Virus record (IMG/VR): IMGVR_UViG_3300020219_000012
Location: 1 to 64,000 of that record
Length of the DNA stretch: 64,000 nt
Reading direction: 5' to 3' (one strand)
Origin: a virus
Position 1 is the first letter of the stretch. The number at the start of each line of letters is the position of its first letter. Made by a program: the position numbers and the translations under genes. Below the pieces are notes generated by a model. The model searched no databases, was not told where the DNA came from, and saw only the letters and a list, made by a program, of their open reading frames with translations. Below are positions 52,597 to 61,362 of the stretch, one piece after another.

Positions 52597-53982
52597 TTAT
52601 CCAATCGGCATCACGATCGCCTTAAACTGCTCATCCTCGCCGCGGATCGTAACGGGCGAGGTTGCCTGATCTTTGGTGGGCGCAAACCCTAGTCGGATAA
52701 GGCCACTCTTGCACGCCAGTACAGCGGTCAGCAGGAAGCTGGCGTCGATTGCGACGTTGACCGAGGCCGGTCCGTCGAATCTCCTGGCCCCAATGGATTC
52801 CTTGAAACGCCGCCCCGACGGACCCGCGGAGGTGATGCTCAGCTCGTCACGTAAGACGTCGACGGCCAGCTCGATCCGCGTGTCGCCCTCGCCTCCATCG
52901 AGCTTCTTGAGGACGCGCTCGAGCTCGAGGCGGTCAACCGACCAGTGACCGCGATGGCCGGCATTTACAGACCGCCAGTTTTCCAGTCCCTGGGTCCCGG
53001 TGGCGCCCTTCATGGTCGCGTCGGCGACGGCCTGGTAGTCCGCGCCGCGGGCCACTATCTGAGTTTCGCTGATCTCGATGGCCGTCCATTCGCGATTGGC
53101 CACCGTCCGCAGATAGCGGAAGAACTGCTCACCCACCACAATGCCCGGAGGCAGCACACTGCCACGAGGCTGGACCTTCATCTGCGGCAGCTCGAGAATA
53201 TGAAGGCGTACGCCGTCGGTGCCGACCGCCGTGCACACCACGGTTCGGTTGGCATCCAGGCTGAAATCGAACAGCACCCCATGCAGACCTGGGCGCGTCG
53301 GATCTTTCGAGGTGGCGGCCATGACCCGGTTGCAGATCTCCTCGAAGTAGAAGGCGGGGACCACCGCCCTAGCCTCCCATGCACGAATGAGTGGCCGAGA
53401 TGGGAAGATGGCTTGGTCGGCGGTCTGCGGCATGCAGTGCTTTCCAATCCAGAACCGCCCGTCGCTCACTCCGACGGGGACTGTCTTGAAATTCTGTCGC
53501 ATTGCATTCGCCGCACTCCTGGCGCGGCGGGCGGGCACGATGGCCGAGAAGCCAGCGCCGCCGGGCTTCGCCACGCCTACCGCAACGGCGGTCCACAGGG
53601 ACGTTGAGGCGGCCTCCACGGTCATGCGATCCGAGTCCGGCTCATAGCCAAGCCTGACGTTGGACAGGAAGGGTAGCGCCTTGGTTGAGGGGATCGCCTT
53701 CTCGGCCGCGGACAGGAATCCGAACAGCACCTCACTGTCGATCTCCACCCCTACAACCCGTCGGTCGGTGGCGGACGAGCTGGAGACGAAGCAGTCCGTG
53801 GGTGGCTTGGCCTTCCTCTTGACCTGCGATTCGTGACGTAGCTCCTCCGCGGTGACGATCTCCACCTCGCGAACCGGCACGGCGTCCGTCTCTGTCAGTC
53901 GGGCCTTCCGTGGTGGGCGGCGTGGGGCGAGGATCTCGGTCGCCAGGGTGGCCGGCGACAGCTTGTTTTCCATGGTGGGCAT
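52597..53982 (-). CDS. dnaN: DNA polymerase III beta sliding clamp-like protein
   Basis: PFLSNV, KDPTRPGLHGVLF, VGTDGVRL, IDASFLL, SPVTIRG..FKAIVMPI. Confidence 0.75.
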   Translation of the reverse strand: MPTMENKLSPATLATEILAPRRPPRKARLTETDAVPVREVEIVTAEELRHESQVKRKAKPPTDCFVSSSSATDRRVVGVEIDSEVLFGFLSAAEKAIPSTKALPFLSNVRLGYEPDSDRMTVEAASTSLWTAVAVGVAKPGGAGFSAIVPARRARSAANAMRQNFKTVPVGVSDGRFWIGKHCMPQTADQAIFPSRPLIRAWEARAVVPAFYFEEICNRVMAATSKDPTRPGLHGVLFDFSLDANRTVVCTAVGTDGVRLHILELPQMKVQPRGSVLPPGIVVGEQFFRYLRTVANREWTAIEISETQIVARGADYQAVADATMKGATGTQGLENWRSVNAGHRGHWSVDRLELERVLKKLDGGEGDTRIELAVDVLRDELSITSAGPSGRRFKESIGARRFDGPASVNVAIDASFLLTAVLACKSGLIRLGFAPTKDQATSPVTIRGEDEQFKAIVMPIG

Positions 53983-54023
53983 CGGTCGTTCTCCTGGATC
54001 CCGTGACGTCGGGGTCCAGATCT

Positions 54024-54034
54024 CTTATGCCAGC
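54024..54034 (-). promoter_or_regulatory. GCTGGCATAAG motif copy 3 upstream of dnaN-like gene
   Basis: Exact 11-mer directly after a terminator. Confidence 0.65.
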
Positions 54035-54035
54035 T

Positions 54036-54073
54036 AAAAAAGTGACCTCTCCCCGCGTGGGGAGGGAGAGGTC
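54036..54073 (-). terminator. Intrinsic terminator
   Basis: Minus strand GACCTCTCCC..GGGAGAGGTC-ACTTTTTT. Confidence 0.75.
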
Positions 54074-54174
54074 CACGGCACAGGTGCGCCCCCACACACG
54101 ACGCCAACATCAAATCCATCGCGTTCCACCGAAACGAAGGATTCGATTATTGGATACCTGCTCCTCTCGTAACT

Positions 54175-54185
54175 CTTATGCCAGC
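54175..54185 (-). promoter_or_regulatory. GCTGGCATAAG motif copy 4
   Basis: Exact 11-mer overlapping the stop codon of 54176..54640. Confidence 0.5.
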
Positions 54186-54640
54186 AAAGAGGCGTCGATC
54201 GGCGTGCCGCGGGGCAGCTCGTCGATGACGGTCGGGTCAAGGAACTCAACATCCGCAAGGCCGCGGTCATCGACAACATCCCGGAACCGCAACGAGAACT
54301 CGATGTTCACGGTTGACGAGTGTCCGTTCGGGTGACAGACCCCGAGCCTGCAGCGCCCACTGGCCTCGTAGGTCTGGGCCTCACCGGCCTTGCCGCCTGT
54401 CGAGCTCGGCTGGGTCAGGACCTGGATCTTGTTGTTGGCGATGAAGTAGCGGCAGCCACTGGGATGGCCGTCGCTCATCTTGGTGAGCGCCTTGCGCAGC
54501 GCACAGATCATCTTCTCGTTCGGCGTCAGCGTGGCCACGCGCTTCGCCTTGCGATCAAGGCGATGGTTGACGGTCGCCGGGATGATGTTGCTGGTCGGCG
54601 CCTTGCGTTGGGCGGCGAACATTTCTTTGCGGATATGCAT
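54176..54640 (-). CDS. Hypothetical protein
   Basis: 154 aa. Confidence 0.65.
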   Translation of the reverse strand: MHIRKEMFAAQRKAPTSNIIPATVNHRLDRKAKRVATLTPNEKMICALRKALTKMSDGHPSGCRYFIANNKIQVLTQPSSTGGKAGEAQTYEASGRCRLGVCHPNGHSSTVNIEFSLRFRDVVDDRGLADVEFLDPTVIDELPRGTPIDASLLA

Positions 54641-54644
54641 TGGC

Positions 54645-55820
54645 CTACTCTACCTCGCTTTCATCATCCTCAGCATCCCCCAGCCGATAGCCACGGAACT
54701 CGGTCTTGACCTTGGTCTTCTGGATCTGGGCGATGTCGGATTCGAGTCCCGGGTTGGCCCGAGTCGCGACCTTGAGGAACTTCTTGAGCTTGCGGGAGTC
54801 TATGCTGGCCACCTCCTGGATTTCATGGCCGTACTCCATCAGGACATCAAGCAGCTCCTGCATGTCCCAGACTGCCGACGCCTTGGATCGGTACCCCCAG
54901 CACCACTTGTCGCCGATAACGACGGAGTCGTTCTCTTTGACGTAGGCCTTGAGGCGGGCCTTGAGCTCCTTGCTGAGGGCGTCCATGACAGTGATCCGCT
55001 GGGCGGCGTCGATGGCCTGGTCTTGGCTGATGACCTGGGTGTTTGTGACACTCAGATCCTGCGACAGCGGGCAGTGCTGGATGACATCGCAGTACTGGCA
55101 GTGCTTGCCGGGGATCGGATCCCAGTTCGAGATCTCCAGGATCTTCTGCTCCTTGAGCATCAGCGTCTGCTCAAAGAGCTGAAGGTCTTTGACGGTCCTC
55201 TTGGTCTCCGCGTAGAAGCCGTACCGCAGGTACCAGATCCTGGCCGTGTACTCCTCGATGTGAGGATACAGCTTGGATGCCAGCCAGCAGTACATGGTCA
55301 GCTGCTCATGGGCGTCCAGCTCGGCCTGGGTCATGACATGCGGCTGGCTCTTCCAGTCCGTGACCGTGCAGTGCTTCTTGTTAACATCAACGACGTCAAG
55401 AATGCCGCGGTAACTGGCGTTGTCCCACTCGGTATCATCGAACGCCTCATCGAGGGCGACCTTCTCCTCCACGCCGTAGATGTGCTTTGAGATCTGATAT
55501 CGCTCCGCCCACAGCCGAACCCAGGACATGATTTCGCCGATCTCGGCGAGGATGGTGTGCGGGGTGTGGCTGGCTACCGCGTCGGAGATCTGGTCCAGCG
55601 ACAGGCTGCTGGGCTGGATCTGCGCCTCCTGGCAAAGGGAGATGAGCTCCGCGATCGCCTCGTGACAGGCGGACCCGCGCTCGGCGGCTACTCGGATATA
55701 GCGATCGTCGACCTTGTCGATGTAGTGGAGTTTCAGATACCTGGGACAAGCGGCGTTGGTCAGAAAAGAGGGTGAAAGTTTCAGGGACAGTTCCTGCCCC
55801 AGGACCTTCAGCTTCTTCAT
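54645..55820 (-). CDS. RecB/Cas4-like PD-(D/E)xK exonuclease
   Basis: SPS..CPR, RGSACH, RGILDVV..TDWKS, QLTMY, CQYC..C Fe-S-type cysteines. Confidence 0.85.
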   Translation of the reverse strand: MKKLKVLGQELSLKLSPSFLTNAACPRYLKLHYIDKVDDRYIRVAAERGSACHEAIAELISLCQEAQIQPSSLSLDQISDAVASHTPHTILAEIGEIMSWVRLWAERYQISKHIYGVEEKVALDEAFDDTEWDNASYRGILDVVDVNKKHCTVTDWKSQPHVMTQAELDAHEQLTMYCWLASKLYPHIEEYTARIWYLRYGFYAETKRTVKDLQLFEQTLMLKEQKILEISNWDPIPGKHCQYCDVIQHCPLSQDLSVTNTQVISQDQAIDAAQRITVMDALSKELKARLKAYVKENDSVVIGDKWCWGYRSKASAVWDMQELLDVLMEYGHEIQEVASIDSRKLKKFLKVATRANPGLESDIAQIQKTKVKTEFRGYRLGDAEDDESEVE

Positions 55821-56824
55821 TGCGTGACTTCAGTCCCCGGCGGTAGCGCCGTCGTAACGGACTGGGTGACGGCCGCCGCCTTCGCAGCAGACTTGGCCCT
55901 CGCCGACTCCTCCTCCTTGACCTTGCCCTCGAGGATCTCGATCAGCTTGGCGTCGACCGCGTACTTCTTGAGAGAGGCCAGGCGCTTTGCTTCTGGTGCG
56001 CCGAGCTTGTCGAACAACTCCTTGATGCGCGGGGTCGCCAGGCGCTCGCGCTCGAGCGGCGTGGGACCGTCTTCGCCTTCCGCGGCAACCTGCGCCAGGG
56101 GCTGGCGCATCACCTCAGGCTCGTTGGTGCCGTCCGTGAGCCAGTCGCGCAGGACCTTGGCGACCTGGGCACCCGGCTTCTCGATGTACTGACCGTCCAG
56201 ATCGGAGCAGCGTGTCTTGGTGATCGACAGCGCATGGTCATTGTTCATGTCGCCGACGACATCGAACTCGTACTCAAGGCCATCCCGCTGAACCGGAGCC
56301 AGACCAATCTTCTTGGGAGCCGTCTTGCCAGTGCGCTCGTCCTTCTCCAGGACGTACTCGGTCTTGGTCCTCATCGTGGCGATGACGTGAGCGCTGGAGC
56401 GAAGGACGCCCTCCACCATGCTGTTGTGCTGCGGGGTAACGTCCCGCCAGGCGTTGAAGGAGCTGCCACTGTTCGAGCGCTTGGCCGAACGATCCACCTG
56501 CTCCAGGGCGCCATCCTTGCCGGTCCAGGCGTGCGACAGGGAGTCGATGACGATCACGTCATAGCCTGCCGCGTCAGCCGCCGAGATCGCCTCGACGTAC
56601 TTGGCCGGAGCGAAGCTGGCGAGCTCGAGGACATCGAACTCAAACTTGCCAGCGTACTTGGAGGCCGAGCCGCGCTCCGTGTCGATGACGGCAACCCGGC
56701 CGCCGGGCACGAGGTTGCAGGCGATTGCCAAGGCGGAGTAGGTCTTGCCGCTGCCCGCGGGGCCGATGAGGGCGATGCGCAGGCGGGCCTGCTTCTTGGT
56801 GGCCTTAACGAAATTCAAGCTCAT
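55817..56824 (-). CDS. AAA ATPase (Sak4-like recombinase)
   Basis: GPAGSGKT, VIDTERGS, VIDSLSHAW, QRDGLEYEFD, ITKTR. Confidence 0.85.
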   Translation of the reverse strand: MSLNFVKATKKQARLRIALIGPAGSGKTYSALAIACNLVPGGRVAVIDTERGSASKYAGKFEFDVLELASFAPAKYVEAISAADAAGYDVIVIDSLSHAWTGKDGALEQVDRSAKRSNSGSSFNAWRDVTPQHNSMVEGVLRSSAHVIATMRTKTEYVLEKDERTGKTAPKKIGLAPVQRDGLEYEFDVVGDMNNDHALSITKTRCSDLDGQYIEKPGAQVAKVLRDWLTDGTNEPEVMRQPLAQVAAEGEDGPTPLERERLATPRIKELFDKLGAPEAKRLASLKKYAVDAKLIEILEGKVKEEESARAKSAAKAAAVTQSVTTALPPGTEVTQ

Positions 56825-56908
56825 GAGTCAGATCCTTTACCGGAGTGATGCCGGGGTGAAACGAACAGGGGCGCCAGCAACATGCCGCGCCCCGTCTGTC
56901 CTAAGAAC

Positions 56909-56919
56909 CTTATGCCGGC
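56909..56919 (-). promoter_or_regulatory. GCCGGCATAAG motif variant upstream of the ATPase
   Basis: 1 mismatch to the 11-mer; intergenic. Confidence 0.55.
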
Positions 56920-56925
56920 GGTCTG

Positions 56926-57105
56926 TCACTGGGCAGCGATTGACGCCTCCAGCTGAGCGATCTCCTCCGTCAGGGCCGTCGCCTCCGTCGCCTCGGAGGC
57001 CGTCTTCTCCAGGACGCCATCGAGGGTCGCCAGACGAGATCTGGCAATCAGCAGGGCGTCCTCCTGGGCGCCCCTGACGCTCTCCACCCCGTACTTCTCA
57101 ATCAC
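56926..57105 (-). CDS. 59-aa acidic helical protein (not in ORF track)
   Basis: GTGA-coupled; MIEKYGVESV..EEIAQLEASIAAQ. Confidence 0.5.
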   Translation of the reverse strand: MIEKYGVESVRGAQEDALLIARSRLATLDGVLEKTASEATEATALTEEIAQLEASIAAQ

Positions 57106-57293
57106 GAGCGCGTGTCCTGAATCTCCCTGGAGGGCTGGAAGATGCCGAGCTTGCCGAACCAGGCGGACACCACCTTCGTCACGTTGAGGCCACCAACCAC
57201 CTCGCCGTAGTGAGTGATCTCCATGACGACATCGCCGTTGGACTTGATGGTCGGAGTGACCTGCGGGAGATCGAGCTTTTGCGGGTTGTTCAT
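57102..57293 (-). CDS. Small hypothetical protein
   Basis: 63 aa coupled. Confidence 0.55.
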   Translation of the reverse strand: MNNPQKLDLPQVTPTIKSNGDVVMEITHYGEVVGGLNVTKVVSAWFGKLGIFQPSREIQDTRS

Positions 57294-57604
57294 TTTCTGT
57301 ATCCCCTTCCCTTTGCCATGAATCGCCTGTTCGGGTTCAACGGGTCGTAGCGCCCTTCTCGTGCTGCGTCCCTGTTTGCCGACGCGCCATGATCGAGGGC
57401 GCCGGCTGGATTGCTGTGAGAGATGATGTGAACCGCCTTGAGCATGCAGGGGACGTCGAAGACGTCAGGCTCGGCGTCGGTGCCATGATCGAGCGCCAGG
57501 CGTGGGACCATGCTCTCGCACGGCACCGGGTCGTTGACCTCTGCCATGGGGACGATCTTCTCGAAAACGTGCCCGTGCGGACATTCGAAATCGTAAAGCG
57601 GCAT
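57290..57604 (-). CDS. FmdB-like zinc-ribbon protein
   Basis: MPLYDFECPHGHVFE. Confidence 0.65.
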   Translation of the reverse strand: MPLYDFECPHGHVFEKIVPMAEVNDPVPCESMVPRLALDHGTDAEPDVFDVPCMLKAVHIISHSNPAGALDHGASANRDAAREGRYDPLNPNRRFMAKGRGYRK

Positions 57605-57789
57605 CAGCGAACCTTCTTGATCTTGAAGAGGTCTAGTCGGGCGTCCAGGGCATCCTGGACGAATCCCGAGAAGGTCATCCCGTTGTTGCTTTCGAGGAAG
57701 CTCTCGACTCGCTGCACTGTGTCAGCCGGAAGGCTGACGGTCTTACGAGCAAAGCCTCCTGCGTAGCCGAGGCTGCGGTGACGACCCAT
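57604..57789 (-). CDS. Ribbon-helix-helix DNA-binding protein
   Basis: RKTVSLP..V..FSGFVQDAL. Confidence 0.6.
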   Translation of the reverse strand: MGRHRSLGYAGGFARKTVSLPADTVQRVESFLESNNGMTFSGFVQDALDARLDLFKIKKVR

Positions 57790-58101
57790 TTAGACGTCCC
57801 AGCCCTTGCCGCGAGCCACGCGCTTGGATGCGTAGAACCGGAGCATCTTGTCGCCCATCTGCTGGCCCACGTCGTAGGCCTTCTCAGCGAGCGCGTTGCG
57901 GACCTGGTAGCTCGGATGCTCGGCCCGGAAGGAGATAAAAAACCGGGGCGGCACGCCGTTGGCGCTGACGTGCACGCCAGTAGCGGTGCAGCCCATGGAC
58001 TCAATCTCCGCCTTCTGCTCGATGATGAGGGTGGTCAGTGCATCGTCGACCACGAGCTCGGCGTCGCTGGTGAGGGGTAGGCCGGCAATCCTTGGCTCCA
58101 T
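57790..58101 (-). CDS. Hypothetical protein
   Basis: Likely start MEPRIAG at 58101. Confidence 0.55.
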   Translation of the reverse strand: MEPRIAGLPLTSDAELVVDDALTTLIIEQKAEIESMGCTATGVHVSANGVPPRFFISFRAEHPSYQVRNALAEKAYDVGQQMGDKMLRFYASKRVARGKGWDV

Positions 58102-58151
58102 GGAAAGTATGAGTACTTCGTAAGACGGTCTTAAGTCAACGGCGTTGAGGC

Positions 58152-58181
58152 AAAAAAAATAGGCCCCGGTCAAGGGGCCTG
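58152..58181 (-). terminator. Intrinsic terminator
   Basis: Minus strand AGGCCCC-TTGACC-GGGGCCT-A-TTTTTTTT. Confidence 0.85.
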
Positions 58182-58203
58182 CTTTTCCGATGGGGCTGGA
58201 GGG

Positions 58204-58347
58204 TTACTCCGCGTCCGCCTTCTCGTCGTCGGAGTCGTCGCCGGACTCCTCGGACTCCTCGTCCTCGTCCTCGTCTTCGTCCTCGGACTCAGACTCCGCC
58301 TCGGGCTCGTCCTTCTCGGTCTCGGTCTCGGTCTCGTCGTCGGGCAT
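58204..58347 (-). CDS. 47-aa hyper-acidic protein (not in ORF track)
   Basis: GAGGAG RBS; MPDDETETETEKDEPEAESESEDEDEDEDEESEESGDDSDDEKADAE; followed by terminator. Confidence 0.65.
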   Translation of the reverse strand: MPDDETETETEKDEPEAESESEDEDEDEDEESEESGDDSDDEKADAE

Positions 58348-58356
58348 GGTATCTCC

Positions 58357-58749
58357 TCAGGGTTTCGCGGAAGCCGAAGTGGCGTCCTTGGTTGCGGTCT
58401 TCGGCTTGGAAGCCGTACTGCCGGGATTATCACCGAGGTTTGCCTTGGCGTCATCCCCCTTTGCCTCGTCCTTCGGGACGTCGTCCAGACGAATCTGGCT
58501 GAGCAGTGCCTGGACTCGGGTGACGCACTTCGCGCAGAGGTCGACGAAGTGGATCTTGGTGGTGTCAGTGAGGAGGGACCCCTCGACGTAGACCCTGGGG
58601 GCGGTCGGGGTTGCGACCAGTCCGCCGTTGAACGCGGCGGTCCCGAGGGCTGCCGGGGCGGAGGGCTCATCGGATGGAGGCTGCGAATCCCCCTCGATGA
58701 CCTTGTCGCAGCGATCGCAGATGATCTGAGTGACTTTCTTAACGGCCAT
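58357..58749 (-). CDS. CxxC..DLCxxC zinc-binding protein
   Basis: ICDRC..VDLCAKC. Confidence 0.65.
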   Translation of the reverse strand: MAVKKVTQIICDRCDKVIEGDSQPPSDEPSAPAALGTAAFNGGLVATPTAPRVYVEGSLLTDTTKIHFVDLCAKCVTRVQALLSQIRLDDVPKDEAKGDDAKANLGDNPGSTASKPKTATKDATSASAKP

Positions 58750-58930
58750 TTTTCTTTCCTCGAATCGGTTGCGGTGTGTTGTCCCAGACGTAAACGATCT
58801 GGGTGTCGCACTGTCGACATAGCGTGTTCGACAGGGCTGTATTTTCTACGCGCCCCCCGCGGGCGTCGCGGCACTCGTGGGGGACGGGGAGGAAGGGGCG
58901 GATGCTAGTACGCAGGACCCTGGGCATGAC

Positions 58931-59422
58931 TCAGTCTGGCACAGGGCCGAGCATCATCAGAGAGTCGAACTCCGCTAGCGCCGGTGGCGTTAGGTAGACC
59001 AAGCCGCCATGCAGACGGCAAATGCTCTCGGATGCTGGGAATGATCTCTTGCTCCAGAGCTCGCGCAGGCGCTTGAGTCGCCCCTCCTTCAGGTTGTGCT
59101 GATAGAAGGCCAGGCAGCGCAGGAAGCCATCGAGATAGGCCTCTCGATAGACCTTGGCAAAGTAGGCAGTGACTTTCGCGTTGGGATCGCTGGTGAGCGC
59201 CTCGGTGGCCGCACGACCGGACTGCGCCGCCGCCTCGGCCATGTCCTTGGCTTGCGCCTCGAACGCCTCGGGGAACTGAAGGGCTGAGCCGTTGACCGTG
59301 ATCTGCCCACAGGATCGGCAGACCAGCGGCAACTCGGCATCGTTGACGGCTCGCTTGCTGGACGCCGGCGTGGCTAAAAACTGGAACAGGCGGTCAGAGC
59401 CGCACCGGCCACAGCTCTGCAC
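58931..59422 (-). CDS. Zinc-ribbon hypothetical protein
   Basis: CGRCG..CRSCG. Confidence 0.6.
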   Translation of the reverse strand: MQSCGRCGSDRLFQFLATPASSKRAVNDAELPLVCRSCGQITVNGSALQFPEAFEAQAKDMAEAAAQSGRAATEALTSDPNAKVTAYFAKVYREAYLDGFLRCLAFYQHNLKEGRLKRLRELWSKRSFPASESICRLHGGLVYLTPPALAEFDSLMMLGPVPD

Positions 59423-59424
59423 GG

Positions 59425-59628
59425 TCAGCTCCGCGGCCCTGCCGCCAGAGTCACCTCATCCCGAGCGACCTTCTCTTCGAGGGCCGCCAGGGCATAGGAC
59501 ATCAGAGACACCTTCTTCATCACGCAGAGCATCTTCACGCGCGTGTGGAAGCTCTCAGGGACCTCGACATGGAGGTTCTTGACCTTCTCCACGTCCTTGA
59601 CATCAGATGCCTCTTTGTCGTTAGCCAT
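59425..59628 (-). CDS. Ribbon-helix-helix (ParG-like) protein
   Basis: KNLHVEVPESFHTRVKMLC..SL..AL. Confidence 0.65.
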   Translation of the reverse strand: MANDKEASDVKDVEKVKNLHVEVPESFHTRVKMLCVMKKVSLMSYALAALEEKVARDEVTLAAGPRS

Positions 59629-59789
59629 GGTTAGTGGGTATCATCGAATCAGGGTTCAGTCAACACCGCCAGGCAGCCAACATCAGAGTCAGAAAGCCGA
59701 ACAGGACGATGAATGTCCCGTCCGACGTCAGCGGCCAGCGCGGCATCCGCCGTTCCTGGCGATTGCCTTCGATCATAGATCTCCTCGGC

Positions 59790-60395
59790 CTAGAGGCCGA
59801 CGTGGGTCAGGACTTGATCAATGAGGGATTCGGGCGTGTTGGTGCCGTCGAGCAGGGTTGCCTTGTACGTCTTCGCCAGCGCCAGGTAGCGCTGCCTCAG
59901 CTCCTCGACCTTCTCGATCTTGTCGCTCTCGAAGACGACATCCTTGTACTTCTCGCGGCTCTTCATGCGGGACAGGCTGACTTCGGCCGGGATGTCGATG
60001 ACGAACAGGTGGTCCGGCAGCAGGACGCCGTCTGCGGTCGCCGAGTCGTAGACCTGCTCGATCTGCTTAACTTCGTGATGGTCTGGCTGGAACACGCGGC
60101 CCGACAAGGTCGGGTGACGATCGCAGACCACGTGATGACCCATGCGGAGACAGGCGCCGAGCTCGGCGTTGGCCTGCAGGCCGTCGGCGGCGAACAGGTA
60201 GAGGTATGCCTCCTGGGCGATCTTGACCTCCCCCCGCAGGCCTTTGCGAATGAGGGCGCCGACAGTGTTCTCGGACGGAAACCAGTACCGCAGGGAGTTA
60301 ACCCCCTTGCCGGCCAGGCGCTGGCAGATCATGCGCGCCAGGGTGGTCTTTCCACCGCCGTCACCGCCCTCCAGGCAGATGTACTTTCCGGTCAT
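59790..60395 (-). CDS. tmk: Thymidylate kinase
   Basis: LEGGDGGGKTT P-loop, LFAAD, VVCDR, LPDHLFVID. Confidence 0.88.
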   Translation of the reverse strand: MTGKYICLEGGDGGGKTTLARMICQRLAGKGVNSLRYWFPSENTVGALIRKGLRGEVKIAQEAYLYLFAADGLQANAELGACLRMGHHVVCDRHPTLSGRVFQPDHHEVKQIEQVYDSATADGVLLPDHLFVIDIPAEVSLSRMKSREKYKDVVFESDKIEKVEELRQRYLALAKTYKATLLDGTNTPESLIDQVLTHVGL

Positions 60396-60715
60396 GGCGC
60401 CTCGATGAGCGAGCTGGCGAGGAGGGTGACTTGCTTGAGGGCGTCCGCCTGGTCATGCATAGCGTCAGCGACGCGCCGATGGTGGGTGGCCAGACTTTCG
60501 ATAGCAGCAGCGGCAGCGGTCGCCTTAGCGGCATCCCAGGCGTCGATGGCCTCAGGGCTTGCGTTCGACTTCGACGGGCCGAGCAGTCGGTACGTGGCCC
60601 CCGTTGCTTCCAGCAGATCTTTTTGACTCACACCCAGGACGCGACTCCTGTCCTGATACAGCTTGTACGCCACCCTGAACCGGTCCGTCTGCTCGTCCGT
60701 TAACTGCTGCACCAT
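60392..60715 (-). CDS. Hypothetical protein
   Basis: AAGGAG RBS, MVQQLTDEQ. Confidence 0.55.
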   Translation of the reverse strand: MVQQLTDEQTDRFRVAYKLYQDRSRVLGVSQKDLLEATGATYRLLGPSKSNASPEAIDAWDAAKATAAAAAIESLATHHRRVADAMHDQADALKQVTLLASSLIEAP

Positions 60716-60995
60716 CTTGCTCCTTGAGTCGTCGGGCCTCTCGATCCCGGCGAACTTTCTGTTCGTGGCCTGATTGCAAACGCTTCGCCCGGCCGTCGAG
60801 GGCACTGGCGATTGCTGTGTATTGATCCGGGAACTCCTCTAGCAGTTGGTCGACTACATCATCCAGCGCGGCGTCGATCGCTGAGGCGATCTGGCGCATG
60901 GCGCGCCCCTTGAGCATCGTCGTCTCCACGCCTGGATCGATCTTGAACAGGAACAGCTGCGGCGGCGGCGGCTCGTTGTTGTCATCTCCGTCCAT
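60552..60995 (-). CDS. Hypothetical protein
   Basis: GAGGAG RBS, MDGDDNNEP; C-terminus overlaps next gene. Confidence 0.5.
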   Translation of the reverse strand: MDGDDNNEPPPPQLFLFKIDPGVETTMLKGRAMRQIASAIDAALDDVVDQLLEEFPDQYTAIASALDGRAKRLQSGHEQKVRRDREARRLKEQDGAAVNGRADGPVQGGVQAVSGQESRPGCESKRSAGSNGGHVPTARPVEVERKP

Positions 60996-61317
60996 CTGAC
61001 TCCTCGTAGAGAACTCTGGCCTGCATCTCGGCACTTCGTGCCGAGCGAGCGAGCTTTTTCATTTTGTCGGTCTCGAATAGGCGTCGGTCATGAGCAGAGT
61101 CCGCCGACCGCTCCAGCATCCGTAACACAGTTGCCCGAGGTCCTTCCACACGAGACAGCTCCAACCGAAACATAAACCGCCGAGATTTCTCCAGGAGCAG
61201 AAGGCTGCGGACTCTATGGCGGGATGCGCGATACGATCCCCAAAAACTACTCGAACGGCGCATCTGAGCCTCGGCCCCCTTGGGCGCAGCGTAGTTGATG
61301 ACTTGCCACTCCCCCAT
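60982..61317 (-). CDS. Basic hypothetical protein
   Basis: GAGGAGG RBS. Confidence 0.55.
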   Translation of the reverse strand: MGEWQVINYAAPKGAEAQMRRSSSFWGSYRASRHRVRSLLLLEKSRRFMFRLELSRVEGPRATVLRMLERSADSAHDRRLFETDKMKKLARSARSAEMQARVLYEESDGRR

Positions 61318-61333
61318 GCCCGGCCTCCTCTGG

Positions 61334-61362
61334 TTGACGGTTTGAATGGCTAGGTTGATACT
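61334..61362 (+). promoter_or_regulatory. sigma70-like promoter
   Basis: TTGACG-N17-GATACT upstream of 61425. Confidence 0.5.

Noticed and set aside
53895-54119. 74-aa ORF across the candidate sRNA
   Set aside because: Runs through a terminator and a motif copy and overlaps the clamp gene out of frame
54645-55820. Cas4-like gene as part of a CRISPR-Cas system
   Set aside because: No cas1/cas2 or repeat-spacer array seen; context with Sak4-like ATPase indicates recombination
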